Source: Leptolyngbyaceae cyanobacterium
GTDB lineage: Bacteria; Cyanobacteriota; Cyanobacteriia; Phormidesmidales; Phormidesmidaceae
Assembly: GCA_965263355.1 (NCBI GenBank)
Contig: CBDHHL010000032.1
Location: 1,152,001-1,216,000 of the forward strand
DNA length: 64,000 bases
Reading direction: 5' to 3'
Position numbers and translations under genes: made by a program. Below the pieces are notes generated by a model, which worked only from the letters and a program-made list of their open reading frames with translations, did not search any database and was not told where the DNA came from. This document shows, one piece after another, positions 17,175 through 28,054 of this stretch. Position 1 is the first letter of the stretch, and every line of letters starts with the position of its first letter.

Positions 17175-19265
17175 ATGTCTTCCACCCGTTTATTAGTACA
17201 GTCGGTTTTAAAGTATCCGATTCTATTATTTTTTACGATATTACTGGGCTTCTCGGGGGCTCTTTTTAATGGTGTAAGCACCTTGTTAATTGTGCCGATT
17301 TTGCTAGAACTACTGGGGCAAGCGGCTCAAAGCAAGGATTCGTTCCCGCCAATTTTGCAAACAATTATTGGCGTCTTTGATGGGTTACCTGATGGGGCAC
17401 GTTTGCCGATGATGGCAGCTTCGGTCGTCACTGTAATCGTGCTCAAAAGTCTGTCAGCCTATGCCAGTGCGCTAAGCGCTGGCACCTTAAATCGTAAGTT
17501 GGCGATGTCGCTGCGGCGAGACGGGTTAAGGCTGCTTTTAGATGTGGATTTGGGGTATTTTGCACGCACTAAGATTGGGGATTTGATCAATCAATTGAAT
17601 GTGGAGGTCAATCGCACCACTATTGCGATTAGAAACCTGGTCCGCATTGTGATCTTACTGATTACGATTGGGGTTTTTCTGAGTTTGCTAGTGCTCACAT
17701 CTTGGCAGATAACGCTGATTTCAATCGTTACCCTGGGCTCAGTTACCTTACTCAATCAATTTATCGTTAAGCGCTCTAAGGCCCTGGGTAAAGAGCTGTC
17801 TAAAATCTCTAAAGCATATTCGTCTCGTGTTTTTGAAGTTCTGTCGGGGATTCGTTTAGTTAAGGCAACCGCTAATGAGGAGCGGGAATATCAGTACCTG
17901 GATAAAATTATTATTGCTCGAGAAAGCGCTGAATTTAATTCCCAGCTGATTTTTGCGGGGATTGGTCCGTTTAACGAAATTATTAACATCCTGGCACTAA
18001 TCCTGATTGCTGTTCTGGGGCGAGTGGCGTTTGGGAATCAACTGGAGCGGTTTTCGTCTTCATTGCTGACATACCTAATCATTTTATTTAGGATGCTGCC
18101 CTACATTGGCCAGCTGAATAGCCAACGTAGCACCCTGGCCAATACCTCAGCTAGCGTGGAGGTGATTACGGCCCTTCTCCGTCGAGAGGATAAACCGTTT
18201 ATGTCGCGTGGTGCCCAACAGTATCGCCCCCTAGAAAAGGGAATTCATTTTCACCAGATCCGGTTCAGCTATCCAGGCCATGATCAGGAGGTGCTACAGG
18301 GTATTGATCTATTTTTACCTAAGGGGCAAACTCTGGCTCTGGTAGGGTCTTCAGGGGCCGGCAAATCAACACTGGCTGATTTGCTACCCCGATTCTATGA
18401 CCCGACGGGCGGCACCATTGAATTAGACGGGGTAGATCTTAAAACCATTGATCTCCATAGCTATCGGTCGAATTTAGGGATTGTTAGTCAGGAAACGTTT
18501 TTGTTCAATGCATCTGTGCGGGAGAACTTGCTGTACGGTCGCCCTGATGCTACTGAAGAGGAACTGATGGCAGCGGTAAAGCAAGCCAATGCCTATGAGT
18601 TTGTTGAGAATTTGCCCCAGGGGTTTGAAACTATGATTGGTGATCGAGGGGTGTTGCTGTCGGGGGGGCAGCGACAGCGACTAGCCATTGCTAGAGCTCT
18701 ATTGCAAGACCCGGATATTTTGATTTTAGACGAGGCAACCAGTGCTTTGGATACTGTGTCTGAGCGTTTGGTGCAAAATGCGATTGATGATTTGAGTCGT
18801 AATCGTACTACATTAGTAATTGCTCATCGGTTATCGACGATTCATGACGCTGATCAAATCGCTGTTTTGGACCGAGGTAAGGTTGTTGAGGTAGGAAACC
18901 ATACGGAACTGTTAGAAAAACGAGGGGCCTATGCCAAACTTTACGCAATGCAGGTGACTAAGAGTATGCGTGAGCACAGTAATGGTAGCAGCCCCCTGAT
19001 CTCAAATATTTTGCCGGTTTATCGTAAGGCAATTGGTAAGTCATCCTATGAGTTGCGATCGCAGCTTAATTCTATGATTGGCTTATTGGCCCTAATCGAG
19101 GATGAAGTGGATGATCCCTTTGAGCAGGCAGAGCTAATGACCCATGCCCGCACCATTGCCGTTGATCTGCTTAGTGTTGTGGAAAATCTGGAGTCAATTA
19201 GTAGTTTACCTCCGAGCAAGGCGCAACAGACTGAAACACCTAGGCCGGCACCGTCCACATCTTAA
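17175..19265 (+). CDS. ABC exporter (HepA/MsbA-like), fused permease-ATPase with C-terminal HisKA-like extension
   Basis: TM domain, GSSGAGKST, LSGGQRQR, LILDEATSALD; ATG at 17175. Confidence 0.92.
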   Translation: MSSTRLLVQSVLKYPILLFFTILLGFSGALFNGVSTLLIVPILLELLGQAAQSKDSFPPILQTIIGVFDGLPDGARLPMMAASVVTVIVLKSLSAYASALSAGTLNRKLAMSLRRDGLRLLLDVDLGYFARTKIGDLINQLNVEVNRTTIAIRNLVRIVILLITIGVFLSLLVLTSWQITLISIVTLGSVTLLNQFIVKRSKALGKELSKISKAYSSRVFEVLSGIRLVKATANEEREYQYLDKIIIARESAEFNSQLIFAGIGPFNEIINILALILIAVLGRVAFGNQLERFSSSLLTYLIILFRMLPYIGQLNSQRSTLANTSASVEVITALLRREDKPFMSRGAQQYRPLEKGIHFHQIRFSYPGHDQEVLQGIDLFLPKGQTLALVGSSGAGKSTLADLLPRFYDPTGGTIELDGVDLKTIDLHSYRSNLGIVSQETFLFNASVRENLLYGRPDATEEELMAAVKQANAYEFVENLPQGFETMIGDRGVLLSGGQRQRLAIARALLQDPDILILDEATSALDTVSERLVQNAIDDLSRNRTTLVIAHRLSTIHDADQIAVLDRGKVVEVGNHTELLEKRGAYAKLYAMQVTKSMREHSNGSSPLISNILPVYRKAIGKSSYELRSQLNSMIGLLALIEDEVDDPFEQAELMTHARTIAVDLLSVVENLESISSLPPSKAQQTETPRPAPSTS

Positions 19266-19356
19266 TGTTGTTTTTTATTGTTGTTGATCTGACAAAACCT
19301 ATGTTAGCTCTGTATTTCTAATGTAATTCTCTATACCTTCTATCCCTTGAATTCCT

Positions 19357-20355
19357 ATGAAACGTGGCATATATACCCTGGCAAACGATGTCGTCTACGA
19401 CCAGCTTGTCGCCCTACTCAATAGTATTGAACAAAATTCAGGGCATATTCCGGTCTGTGTGATTGCCTACAATGAGCAAATTGAGAAGGTCTCTGCAGAA
19501 GTTGCTAAACGTGACAATGTGTCTCTATTAGATAAACCAGACCTGTTTAAGTTTTGGGAAGACTTTTCACTGCGGGTATGGCAAACTCATCCAACAGCGA
19601 TAGAACAGTGGAAAGCAGCTGGCGTTAAAACTCAATTTTACCGAGTGGGAGAGAACCACCGTTATGTTTCCTTTGACCCAGCAGCCCCCTTTGAGGAGTT
19701 TATATATCTAGATGCTGACACCCTGGTCATACAGCCCCTAGATTTTATGTTTGAGCGTTTGAACCGGGCAGACGTTGTGGTCTATGACTTTCAATTTAAA
19801 GACCTCAGCCATATTTTTAATGTCAATTCTGACAAGCTGACGACTGTATTTTCTGAGGAACGCCTAAAGCGAGATATTTTCTGTTCTGGCTGTTATGCGT
19901 CGAAGCGGGGATTGTTTTCTACAGCGGAGCTTGACCATGTGGTCGATACCTTGGCGCAAGGCAATGCGGATGTCCTTTACATGGGGGCGCCTAATCAGTC
20001 ACTGCTCAATTACATGGTGCAGATTAATCATCGCACTGTTCACAATGTTGCGTTAGAATGGCGGGCCGAAAATAAGGCGACAGGGAATGCGGTTTCATCC
20101 AAACATTTTGAAGAAAAAGATGGTCTTGTGTATGACCAGGGTAAATTGCTGAGCTATTTGCATTTTATTGGTCTGTCATCGAAGATATTTCGCCGAGTTT
20201 GTAATGGTGAGAATCTTGATTTTCCCTACCGTCAAACCTTTTTGCACTATCGCTATTTACATGAACCCATGCCAGAGTTTGAGGGTAAACCCAAGCAGTA
20301 CAATCAGCCCCCATCGTTACAGAAACGGCTGATGAAAAAGATTGGACTGGCCTAG
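19357..20355 (+). CDS. Npun_R2821/R2822-family putative glycosyltransferase
   Basis: GIYTLANDVVYDQLVALLNSIE, FIYLDADT, YLHFIG. Confidence 0.85.
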   Translation: MKRGIYTLANDVVYDQLVALLNSIEQNSGHIPVCVIAYNEQIEKVSAEVAKRDNVSLLDKPDLFKFWEDFSLRVWQTHPTAIEQWKAAGVKTQFYRVGENHRYVSFDPAAPFEEFIYLDADTLVIQPLDFMFERLNRADVVVYDFQFKDLSHIFNVNSDKLTTVFSEERLKRDIFCSGCYASKRGLFSTAELDHVVDTLAQGNADVLYMGAPNQSLLNYMVQINHRTVHNVALEWRAENKATGNAVSSKHFEEKDGLVYDQGKLLSYLHFIGLSSKIFRRVCNGENLDFPYRQTFLHYRYLHEPMPEFEGKPKQYNQPPSLQKRLMKKIGLA

Positions 20356-20358
20356 GAG

Positions 20359-21309
20359 GTGTTGATGACTAGCCAACCAACCAGGGGCGTTTATATCGTT
20401 GCCAATGAGAAGGTGGGGGAAAATGCGATCGCACTTCTTGCCAGCCTCCGTCGTCATGACCCGGATGTACCGGTGTTTATGATTCCCTTCAACGATGATT
20501 ATCAAACCCTGTTCCAGAAGCTACAGACCCTTTACCAAGTACAGCTGTTTCCAGAGCTGTCATTTTTAGACACCTTTACCCAAAGAATTAGCGAGATCTT
20601 TCCCCGCGATTTTCTGGCCCTGCCCAATAAAATGAGAAAACTGGCGGCCTGGTTTGGGCCATTGGATGAATTTCTCTACATTGATACAGATATTCTCTTT
20701 TTTGAGCCAGTTTCCCAGACCCTGGCCTATCTGGATCAGGCAGATTTTATTTGTTGTGACTATCACTTTAAGGGACGTAAGCTACGGGATGTCTTTTCAC
20801 CCGTTGTGATTGAACGGGGCATTTTCCCCGCAGATATTGTCAACTCTCTTTTTAATAGCGGTCTCTGGGGCTCTAAAAAAGGCACCATAACCTTGGACCA
20901 AATGTATCAGCGGTTAGGAGAGTGTGCCCAAAACCGTGACTATTTCGACTTTTCTGGGGGAACCACTGATCAACCGATTATGAATTATTTGGTGCTCAAC
21001 ACCATTGATAAACGCTTAAACATTACTCAGGTCAACCCAAAGGAACCCGGTAGTTGGGGCGGGATGAAACACTTTGTTGTCCGTGATCAGTCTCTCTATG
21101 ATGGAGACACTCGACTACGTTATTTGCACTGGGCGGGGACACCCATGGGGCCAGGGGGACCCTATCGAGAGGTGTGGGAGTATTATCGCTATCTGGATGA
21201 TCCCGATGCCCGTCCACCTGCAGGGACTCAAGGAGTGACAGTACAGCCCCAGCCTCTGAAGAGATTAAAACAGATTATTCGTCGTTTAATCCAACGGATA
21301 AAGAAATAA
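20359..21309 (+). CDS. Npun_R2821/R2822-family putative glycosyltransferase
   Basis: GVYIVAN, FLYIDTD, TDQPIMNY, RYLHWAG. Confidence 0.85.
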   Translation: MLMTSQPTRGVYIVANEKVGENAIALLASLRRHDPDVPVFMIPFNDDYQTLFQKLQTLYQVQLFPELSFLDTFTQRISEIFPRDFLALPNKMRKLAAWFGPLDEFLYIDTDILFFEPVSQTLAYLDQADFICCDYHFKGRKLRDVFSPVVIERGIFPADIVNSLFNSGLWGSKKGTITLDQMYQRLGECAQNRDYFDFSGGTTDQPIMNYLVLNTIDKRLNITQVNPKEPGSWGGMKHFVVRDQSLYDGDTRLRYLHWAGTPMGPGGPYREVWEYYRYLDDPDARPPAGTQGVTVQPQPLKRLKQIIRRLIQRIKK

Positions 21310-21326
21310 CCTCATTGCCCATTGCC

Positions 21327-21349
21327 GGGTGGGCATTGCCCACCCTACG
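21327..21349. repeat. REP-like palindrome
   Basis: GGGTGGGCATTGCCCACCCTAC; related copies at 27975-27995 and 28024-28035. Confidence 0.65.
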
Positions 21350-21352
21350 TTT

Positions 21353-22336
21353 ATGAATCCTGTTAGCTGTTCGTTGTCTATCATGGTGGCCCGCACCGAT
21401 ATTTCCTTCATGATGGAGACCATTCCCCATTTGGTGCGCACCAGTCACTACCCATTTGTGGAGCGGGTGTTATTTCTGGATACAGCCCCTCTAACGGGGG
21501 ATAAAGTGAGGCGACCGGGCATTGGTACCCTGGAGCAACTGCGGGCAAATTGTGCTCAGCTGATGGACATGGGGTTGGTGGATCGCCTTGTAGATATGGA
21601 TTATAACGATGCCTATCGGCAGCGGGTTTACAAAAAACACTTTGGTTCCGTGCCTAAACCCACCCATAACTGGAAGGGATATCCCATTCTGGGCACTATT
21701 TTTTCCCTCGAGGAAACAGTGGGGGACTATGTGGTGCATTTTGATAGTGATATGCTGCAGTATCAAAAAACAGGCCACAGCTGGATTACGGAGGGCATAG
21801 AGCTGATGGAAAAGCGGCCAGAGGTATTGTTTGTGCGCCCCTTGGCTGGGCCACCACGGACTGATGGCGAGCTAAATCAGCGGGTCCCCTATGAACGGGA
21901 TGATGGGTTTTATCGGTTTAAGTTTTTTGGTAGCCGTACCTATCTAATTAAAAAACAAAGTTTTGACCAGTTTTTGCCGGTTCCCGTTCTGTGGATGGAT
22001 TATAAAAACGAGTGGCTCAAACAATTGCCCCCCCGGTTGCTCACCTGGCTTAACTATTGGACTAGCCGCGGCAAACTGGACTCCTGGGAGGTGATGATTT
22101 CTCGCGAATTAGAACGAACTAACGGCTGGCGGGCAACACTCTCAAATCCTGATGCCTGGACGCTACACCCCGTCGCCAGAGGGCAAGAATACATCGCTGC
22201 CTTACCCAAAATTATTAGCGCGATTGAACAGGGTGAGTACCCTACTGGTCAGGAAGGAGATTACGACCTCAATCTAGACCTTTGGTTGCAAAAAGTAGGG
22301 GCAAACCACGGTGCGCCCTTACCGGAATATTCTTAA
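21353..22336 (+). CDS. Putative glycosyltransferase (GT-A fold)
   Basis: VVHFDSD DxD motif; located in polysaccharide cluster; ATG at 21353 after REP palindrome. Confidence 0.75.
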   Translation: MNPVSCSLSIMVARTDISFMMETIPHLVRTSHYPFVERVLFLDTAPLTGDKVRRPGIGTLEQLRANCAQLMDMGLVDRLVDMDYNDAYRQRVYKKHFGSVPKPTHNWKGYPILGTIFSLEETVGDYVVHFDSDMLQYQKTGHSWITEGIELMEKRPEVLFVRPLAGPPRTDGELNQRVPYERDDGFYRFKFFGSRTYLIKKQSFDQFLPVPVLWMDYKNEWLKQLPPRLLTWLNYWTSRGKLDSWEVMISRELERTNGWRATLSNPDAWTLHPVARGQEYIAALPKIISAIEQGEYPTGQEGDYDLNLDLWLQKVGANHGAPLPEYS

Positions 22337-22378
22337 TATTGCCCGCAGCTTCATATTGTCCAATGGACTGTGCTCACC

Positions 22379-23170
22379 CTACGCTGGTCGACTCGGATAC
22401 TGATGCAGATACTCTAAGAAGTGAGCCCAGTTAAAGCTGCGGGGATCTTGTCGAGACCCTGAGCGATCAACCGCTGCATGGGTAGTAATCCGGTTTTCGG
22501 GAATGGTGGTGCGGGCCATTAACCAGGCTAAGGATTGGTATTGAGCATCGGTATATCCGCTATGTGTGGGGGCATTATCCTGGCCGTCGGACGGGGTGAC
22601 CAGGGAAATGTGGTAAGCAAAGTTATTGACAGATGACGCAAATTCAGTGTTCGTTACCACTGTTTCGGGACCGTTAGGGCTGTCGAATACAGAGTTACCG
22701 GCCCCGTAGGCTCGTTTTTCAGGGGGCACGATATAGATAACGGTACCATCTCGATCAATGATGGTGTGATAGCTAACCTGGTCTTCGTCGCGGGGATGAT
22801 AGGTCTGAAATGTATTAATCGCGCTGGTAGCACTCCACACGGTTTCGTGCAAGACGGCCAGGTAATCGTGATTGAGGGGCTGACCGTAGGCATCGACGGT
22901 GTAGCGCTCCCCATAGTTGGAGGGGTCAGCTAACTCAACTCGCTCAGCCGGTCGATAGGTGGCGCTGTTATCAGCGGTGTATATAAATCCATGTTCGACT
23001 TTAGGCGTAGCTGCTTGATTGGCAGGCTCTACGACCTCCAACGTAGGTGCCGCTACAACTTGGGGGCCAAAAATTACCTTATGGGTAGTTGCCAACACAA
23101 TGGTGACTACCACCGCTAGGCAAAATGTACCTACATATATCCCAACTTTGAACCAACGATGCTCGCCCAT
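22379..23170 (-). CDS. N-acetylmuramoyl-L-alanine amidase (Amidase_2)
   Basis: VLHET, VSYH, RAYGAG, HISL, ITTHAAVD...DP; N-terminal TM anchor. Confidence 0.88.
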   Translation of the reverse strand: MGEHRWFKVGIYVGTFCLAVVVTIVLATTHKVIFGPQVVAAPTLEVVEPANQAATPKVEHGFIYTADNSATYRPAERVELADPSNYGERYTVDAYGQPLNHDYLAVLHETVWSATSAINTFQTYHPRDEDQVSYHTIIDRDGTVIYIVPPEKRAYGAGNSVFDSPNGPETVVTNTEFASSVNNFAYHISLVTPSDGQDNAPTHSGYTDAQYQSLAWLMARTTIPENRITTHAAVDRSGSRQDPRSFNWAHFLEYLHQYPSRPA

Positions 23171-23366
23171 GAAAATCTTGCTAAAGACGCTGAATACCGA
23201 TGTTTACATCCATTGCATTATTACCAACTAGAGTCATAATGCAACAATTATTATTTATTTTTCTACAGTATTAGGTTTATTCCGATTATTGAAGTAGCCA
23301 AATAGGCAAATTGTCTAAATTTGATATCGGAGATTTAGGAGATTTGCTTTTTTCTAACTAACTGGC

Positions 23367-24011
23367 TTAGCGCCCCTGACGATGGGTAAATTGCCGATAG
23401 TAGCGTCGATAGGCGATTTCGAGGCGGCCACCATAATCTGCGATCGCAGCCCGCTGACGTCGGTAGAGCCCCTGAAATATATTGGCAAATAGCAGGGTTA
23501 CCATTGCGACCACCAATCCTATAGCCGTAGACACCAATGCCTCACCAATCCCCGCAGTAACCCCTGCCGCTCGGGCTGTGCCCACATCCCCAATCTGTAA
23601 GGAAGACAGTGCCCGAATTAAACCCAGAATAGTGCCCAATAGCCCCAGTAGCGGTGCCAGACCCACTACCGTTTCAAATACTGTGCCAAATCGCTTAAGC
23701 ATTGGAATTTCAGCCTGTGCAGCACTTTCCAAAGCCAACTTAAATTCATCTGGTGTTGCTTGTTCTAAGGATAGAGCAGCCAGAAAAATACGCACCATAG
23801 GTAACGACTGCTTTTGCTGAAGCTGTTTAATCGCCGCCTTAGGTTGCTGAACGTAGTCCATCAGAAAGGTACTAATAACCTGTTCCTGATGCCGAGAAAT
23901 CTGCCACCAAAACCAGCCTCGTTCCAGAATCAACGTAACTACTAGAATTGATGCAGCTAACAGTGGCCATATAACAACACCACCTGACGTAAATAGTTTC
24001 GAAATCACCAC
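23367..24011 (-). CDS. exbB: MotA/TolQ/ExbB proton channel protein
   Basis: APLLGLLGTILGLI, GIGEALVSTAIGL. Confidence 0.88.
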   Translation of the reverse strand: MVISKLFTSGGVVIWPLLAASILVVTLILERGWFWWQISRHQEQVISTFLMDYVQQPKAAIKQLQQKQSLPMVRIFLAALSLEQATPDEFKLALESAAQAEIPMLKRFGTVFETVVGLAPLLGLLGTILGLIRALSSLQIGDVGTARAAGVTAGIGEALVSTAIGLVVAMVTLLFANIFQGLYRRQRAAIADYGGRLEIAYRRYYRQFTHRQGR

Positions 24012-24059
24012 TTAAGCTCCCTCTTGGTGGTTTTAGCGATTTTTTAGCGTTTTATAAAC

Positions 24060-24198
24060 GGGTACCAACTTAAAGTGGGAAGTTTTCCCAAGGATAGATG
24101 TCAGAATTCAGGAGCCAGAAGCCATATCCCTTATCCATTCTGGCTCCTGACTTCTAGATTCCTAGTTAACCAGAATTTCCCGGCTTGAGTGGATACCC
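24060..24198. mobile_element. 139-bp MITE-like element with 8-bp target-site duplication
   Basis: TTATAAAC at 24052-24059 and 24199-24206; imperfect terminal inverted repeats GGGTACCAACTTAAAGTGGGAAGTT / AATTTCCCGGCTTGAGTGGATACCC; internal 13-bp hairpin. Confidence 0.75.
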
Positions 24199-24705
24199 TT
24201 ATAAACCCTTAAAAAATAAATAAATATCCTGAGTGATACAAATCAAGTTTTATCAGCGTTTCAAGACATGTGCTTTTATATCGCATTTTTAATCCTTGTA
24301 AACTTATTTGCCAATGACTTTAGATTAGGTGTCAAAAACAATTACTTTCACTTCAGGTTTCAAGTAACCATCTACCCAAATTACTAATCAATAATTATTT
24401 TCTACTTCTTGAGAAGAAATTAAGTTACAGCGATACCGCTTTCATCTTGAAATGCCTCATGTATGATGAAGTCAGGCAAGTAATGTTAAATACATGCACG
24501 TTATGTTTGGGGTTTGATCAACGATTGAAGACATTCTAAGTTGGTGCATGGCAAGTCGTTTTTTCGTTGATTTTCTACCATGACTCTCATTTGTAAACTC
24601 ATAACAAAATACCCCTCTAACGCCCGTAATTAATAGGGGGGCATAAAGGTCGATGCTAACTGCCCGTTAGCTATGTAAGGCATAATAAATTAGACAGGAT
24701 AAGTC

Positions 24706-25341
24706 ATGTTAAATCACCGAAATGCCCTTAGTCACGATACTGGGTTTACGTCAGAGCAAGTATTAGAAAATCGCGGTAGAGTCGCGATTTTTATTGATGG
24801 TTCGAATCTGTTTTATGCGGCTCTTCAGCTTGGCATTGAAATTGATTACACCAAGTTGCTATGCCGATTAACTGCAGGCTCTAGATTATTCCGAGCTTTT
24901 TTCTACACAGGTGTAGATCGTACTAATGAAAAGCAGCAAGGCTTTTTGCTATGGATGCGTCGCAATGGATATCGTGTCATTGCCAAGGACTTGGTTCAGT
25001 TGCCTGATGGTTCTAAGAAAGCAAACCTTGATGTTGAGATTGCGGTTGATATGATGGCCCTGGTTGGATGCTATGACACCGCTATTCTTGTGAGTGGTGA
25101 TGGTGATTTAGCCTATGCTGTTGATGCTGCTAGCTATCGCGGTGTCAGGGTCGAAGTTGTGAGTCTACGCTCCATGACTAGTGATAGCCTAATCAACGTG
25201 TCTGATCGATACATTGATTTAGACACTGTCAAGGACGACATTAAAAAGACCCCCCGCAGTCACAGCAATGGTTATACCTATCGTCCATTGACAGGTCTTA
25301 GTGTGATGGAAGAAGAAGCAACTAGTGAGCAGCCAGGGTAA
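24706..25341 (+). CDS. NYN-domain protein, LabA/DUF88 family
   Basis: IFIDGSNLFY, KKANLDVEIAVD, LVSGDGD. Confidence 0.92.
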   Translation: MLNHRNALSHDTGFTSEQVLENRGRVAIFIDGSNLFYAALQLGIEIDYTKLLCRLTAGSRLFRAFFYTGVDRTNEKQQGFLLWMRRNGYRVIAKDLVQLPDGSKKANLDVEIAVDMMALVGCYDTAILVSGDGDLAYAVDAASYRGVRVEVVSLRSMTSDSLINVSDRYIDLDTVKDDIKKTPRSHSNGYTYRPLTGLSVMEEEATSEQPG

Positions 25342-25465
25342 CCATCTCTAAGTTTCAATCTTTAACAGCTTCACCCAAAAAAAATCAGTTCTGGGCGTAA
25401 GCAAAATTAATATCCGCTAGGATAATCTGGGCAACTAGGTTATTTACTAGTATGAGTAGTGCTGT

Positions 25466-26623
25466 ATGAATAAGTGGTATCGGTTGACGGCGATTGCAGC
25501 GTTGATTGCTGTAATTGTTGTAACTGTACGTACCTGCCAATCGTCAGGAGATACGTTAGACAGTATCCAGAATCGAGCAGAGGCTGATGATCAAGAGGCG
25601 GCTGAACTCACCCTTAAAGATGTCACTCTGGAGCAGCCTGATGGTAGTGGTGGGTTGCTTTGGCGGGTTAAGGCAGCAGCAGCGACCTACAGCCCGGATC
25701 GACGTTTAGCTAGCCTGAAAGCGCCAGAGGGTGAACTTTATCAAGATGGTAAACTGCTTTATCAAGTTAGAGCTGATCAGGGCGAAATTCGTGACAATGG
25801 TGAGTCAATATTTTTGCAAGGTAATATCTTGGCAACTAGTCCAGATAATCAGCTGACGCTTAAGGGAAATAGCTTAGAATGGACCCCAGATAAAGATTTA
25901 CTATTGGTTCGCGACAGTATTAGCGGGGAGCATCCACAGCTAAAAGTAACGGCTCAAGAAGCACGATTATTTAATCGCACCCAACGTTTAGAGCTGCTTA
26001 GGGGCGTGATTGCTAAAACTCAGCAGGAACCCTGGCTAGGATTTGAGTCAGATAAATTAGTATTGCTGTTAGATAAACAAAAGCTAGAAACCGATACTCC
26101 CTTAAAGGTAGAGCGCTATATTTCCAAAACTGATCAAACAGTAACTGATCGGTTAGTTGGTCAACAAGGGGAGTATGACCTCACCAAGCAACAGGCAATA
26201 TTGCGACAGCAGGTGCAGTTAAACGCGCTTAAAATACCATTACAAACGAATAGTGATATTGCTATTTGGTCAGTTAAAGCTGGCACAATCGTAATTAACA
26301 AGCCCGTTCAGATTCAGCAGCCCAAGCGTAAATTGGCAGCTAATGCTAACCAGGGCCGTCTTAATCTAAATACGCAAATCCTGGTGCTAAGGGGGAATGT
26401 ACGTACAGTTAGCAAAGATCGAGCATCGTTGTTACTGGCAGACCAGCTAACCTGGAATATGCAAACCCAGAACGTAGATGGCAGAGGTAATGTCAGCTAT
26501 CGCCAACGAGACCCGGCAGCGACTGTTAATGGAGATCGAGCCGTTGGTAATTTAGATAAGCAGACGGTGGTAGTCACCGGTAAAAATGTTGTCACTGAGA
26601 TTGTGCCGTTGGGGATTGAATGA
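25466..26623 (+). CDS. lptC: LPS export periplasmic protein LptC (cyanobacterial long form)
   Basis: N-terminal TM, LTLKDVTLEQ...LLWRVKA, repeated beta-jellyroll; position after the NYN gene. Confidence 0.82.
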   Translation: MNKWYRLTAIAALIAVIVVTVRTCQSSGDTLDSIQNRAEADDQEAAELTLKDVTLEQPDGSGGLLWRVKAAAATYSPDRRLASLKAPEGELYQDGKLLYQVRADQGEIRDNGESIFLQGNILATSPDNQLTLKGNSLEWTPDKDLLLVRDSISGEHPQLKVTAQEARLFNRTQRLELLRGVIAKTQQEPWLGFESDKLVLLLDKQKLETDTPLKVERYISKTDQTVTDRLVGQQGEYDLTKQQAILRQQVQLNALKIPLQTNSDIAIWSVKAGTIVINKPVQIQQPKRKLAANANQGRLNLNTQILVLRGNVRTVSKDRASLLLADQLTWNMQTQNVDGRGNVSYRQRDPAATVNGDRAVGNLDKQTVVVTGKNVVTEIVPLGIE

Positions 26624-27932
26624 TTTCATTCCTTTTGGGGTCGCCCAGGCGATAAGGATCTTTATTGAACTGAAGTTTAGGCTTGATTTGCGTGGGCACC
26701 TGACTAGCTTTACCCCACTGTTTTTCAAGGGCTGCGAGTAAACGGTCTTGACGAGCACGTAAGGTTTCTAGACCTGAGCCGTAATTGATAATTGCAAACC
26801 AAACAATGCCTTTTTTCTCAGTCGGGAATGCTCCCGCTAGGGCACTGACAACGGCTAGGCTGCCTGTTTTTACCGATGCATTAGTCGGTATTGTACGGTC
26901 AATCAGGGTGCCCACATCGGTACCTGAGACTGGAAATAAATCAGCAAAATTTAACCCCTGGGCCTGTAGTCGAGTTTGAATAGCTTGCATCAATATAATT
27001 ACGGCTCGTGCCGAGAGCTGATTGTCTTCTCCGAGGCCAGAGCCATTGATCAGGCTAATTTCACCAGGTGTGACCCCCATCTGCTCTGCAATTTTAACCA
27101 CCTTAGTAGGACCGCCTGACAAATTAGCAATCATCTCGGACATCACGTTATTACTATAAATGTTCATTGCCTTGAGAATCATGGCCAGCGGTAGTGACTT
27201 GTGGCGTATTAGCCAGCCTGAGGCTTGATTGATGGTGGTAGCTGCAGAGGCGATTTGTACTGGACCTTGAATCTGCAGAGTGGGTTTGGGGGTACCTGGT
27301 GGCAGAGTGGCATACTGTTTATCAACTTCCCAGCCCCATGTGGCCGAGTTCATGGCTTGCTTGAGTAATTCCCCTGACTCTAGTGGGTCTGTTTTGAAAT
27401 TCATCACAAACTGATCAACGACAATCAGACTGCCTGTGACTTGTTGGATGCCAAGTTGTTGTAGCGTATTACCTAGAGTGATGCCTTCTTCCCAGACGAA
27501 TAATGGATCATAGGCACCCTTAACAATCAAATTACCCTGGAGTACGCCATTGGCAATCGTCCCTTGCCAGCCAATAAAGGTTTCAAACTGATGATTAGTG
27601 CCATAGGTTTCAAGGGCTGCCAGGGTAGTGGCCACTTTGGTTAAAGAAGCTGCTGGTAGACGACGCGACTCCTGATGTCGAGCCACGGGATAGCGACCAA
27701 CATCGATGGCAACACTCTGTTGGTCTGGCGAAAATCCGAGGCTAACCAGGTCAGCCAGGTAGCCATTGAGAATGTTTTCAGCCGCTGGGTCGGCGACTAA
27801 ACGCTGTTGGAGCCAGGGAGATTCCCAGGTGGGGCGAATATCTACAGTAGCGAAATTAACGCTGGCAATGGGCTGCCAGGGGCGAGGTCCAATCAGAGCA
27901 GAAATGAAGGCTAGGGGTAAAAGCCAGTTCAC
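26592..27932 (-). CDS. dacB: D-Ala-D-Ala carboxypeptidase (peptidase S13)
   Basis: AASLTK (SxxK), YSNN (SxN), NGSGL, KTGS. Confidence 0.9.
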   Translation of the reverse strand: MNWLLPLAFISALIGPRPWQPIASVNFATVDIRPTWESPWLQQRLVADPAAENILNGYLADLVSLGFSPDQQSVAIDVGRYPVARHQESRRLPAASLTKVATTLAALETYGTNHQFETFIGWQGTIANGVLQGNLIVKGAYDPLFVWEEGITLGNTLQQLGIQQVTGSLIVVDQFVMNFKTDPLESGELLKQAMNSATWGWEVDKQYATLPPGTPKPTLQIQGPVQIASAATTINQASGWLIRHKSLPLAMILKAMNIYSNNVMSEMIANLSGGPTKVVKIAEQMGVTPGEISLINGSGLGEDNQLSARAVIILMQAIQTRLQAQGLNFADLFPVSGTDVGTLIDRTIPTNASVKTGSLAVVSALAGAFPTEKKGIVWFAIINYGSGLETLRARQDRLLAALEKQWGKASQVPTQIKPKLQFNKDPYRLGDPKRNEIIQSPTAQSQ

Positions 27933-28054
27933 GGCAGTCGGTTATCAGCGGTTTTACTGGCTAAACATACACCAGTAGGGTGAGCATTGCCCACCAGATA
28001 ATTGGGCGGAAATGATAATGTAAGCAATGCCCACCAGATATGGACAAATAGGGT

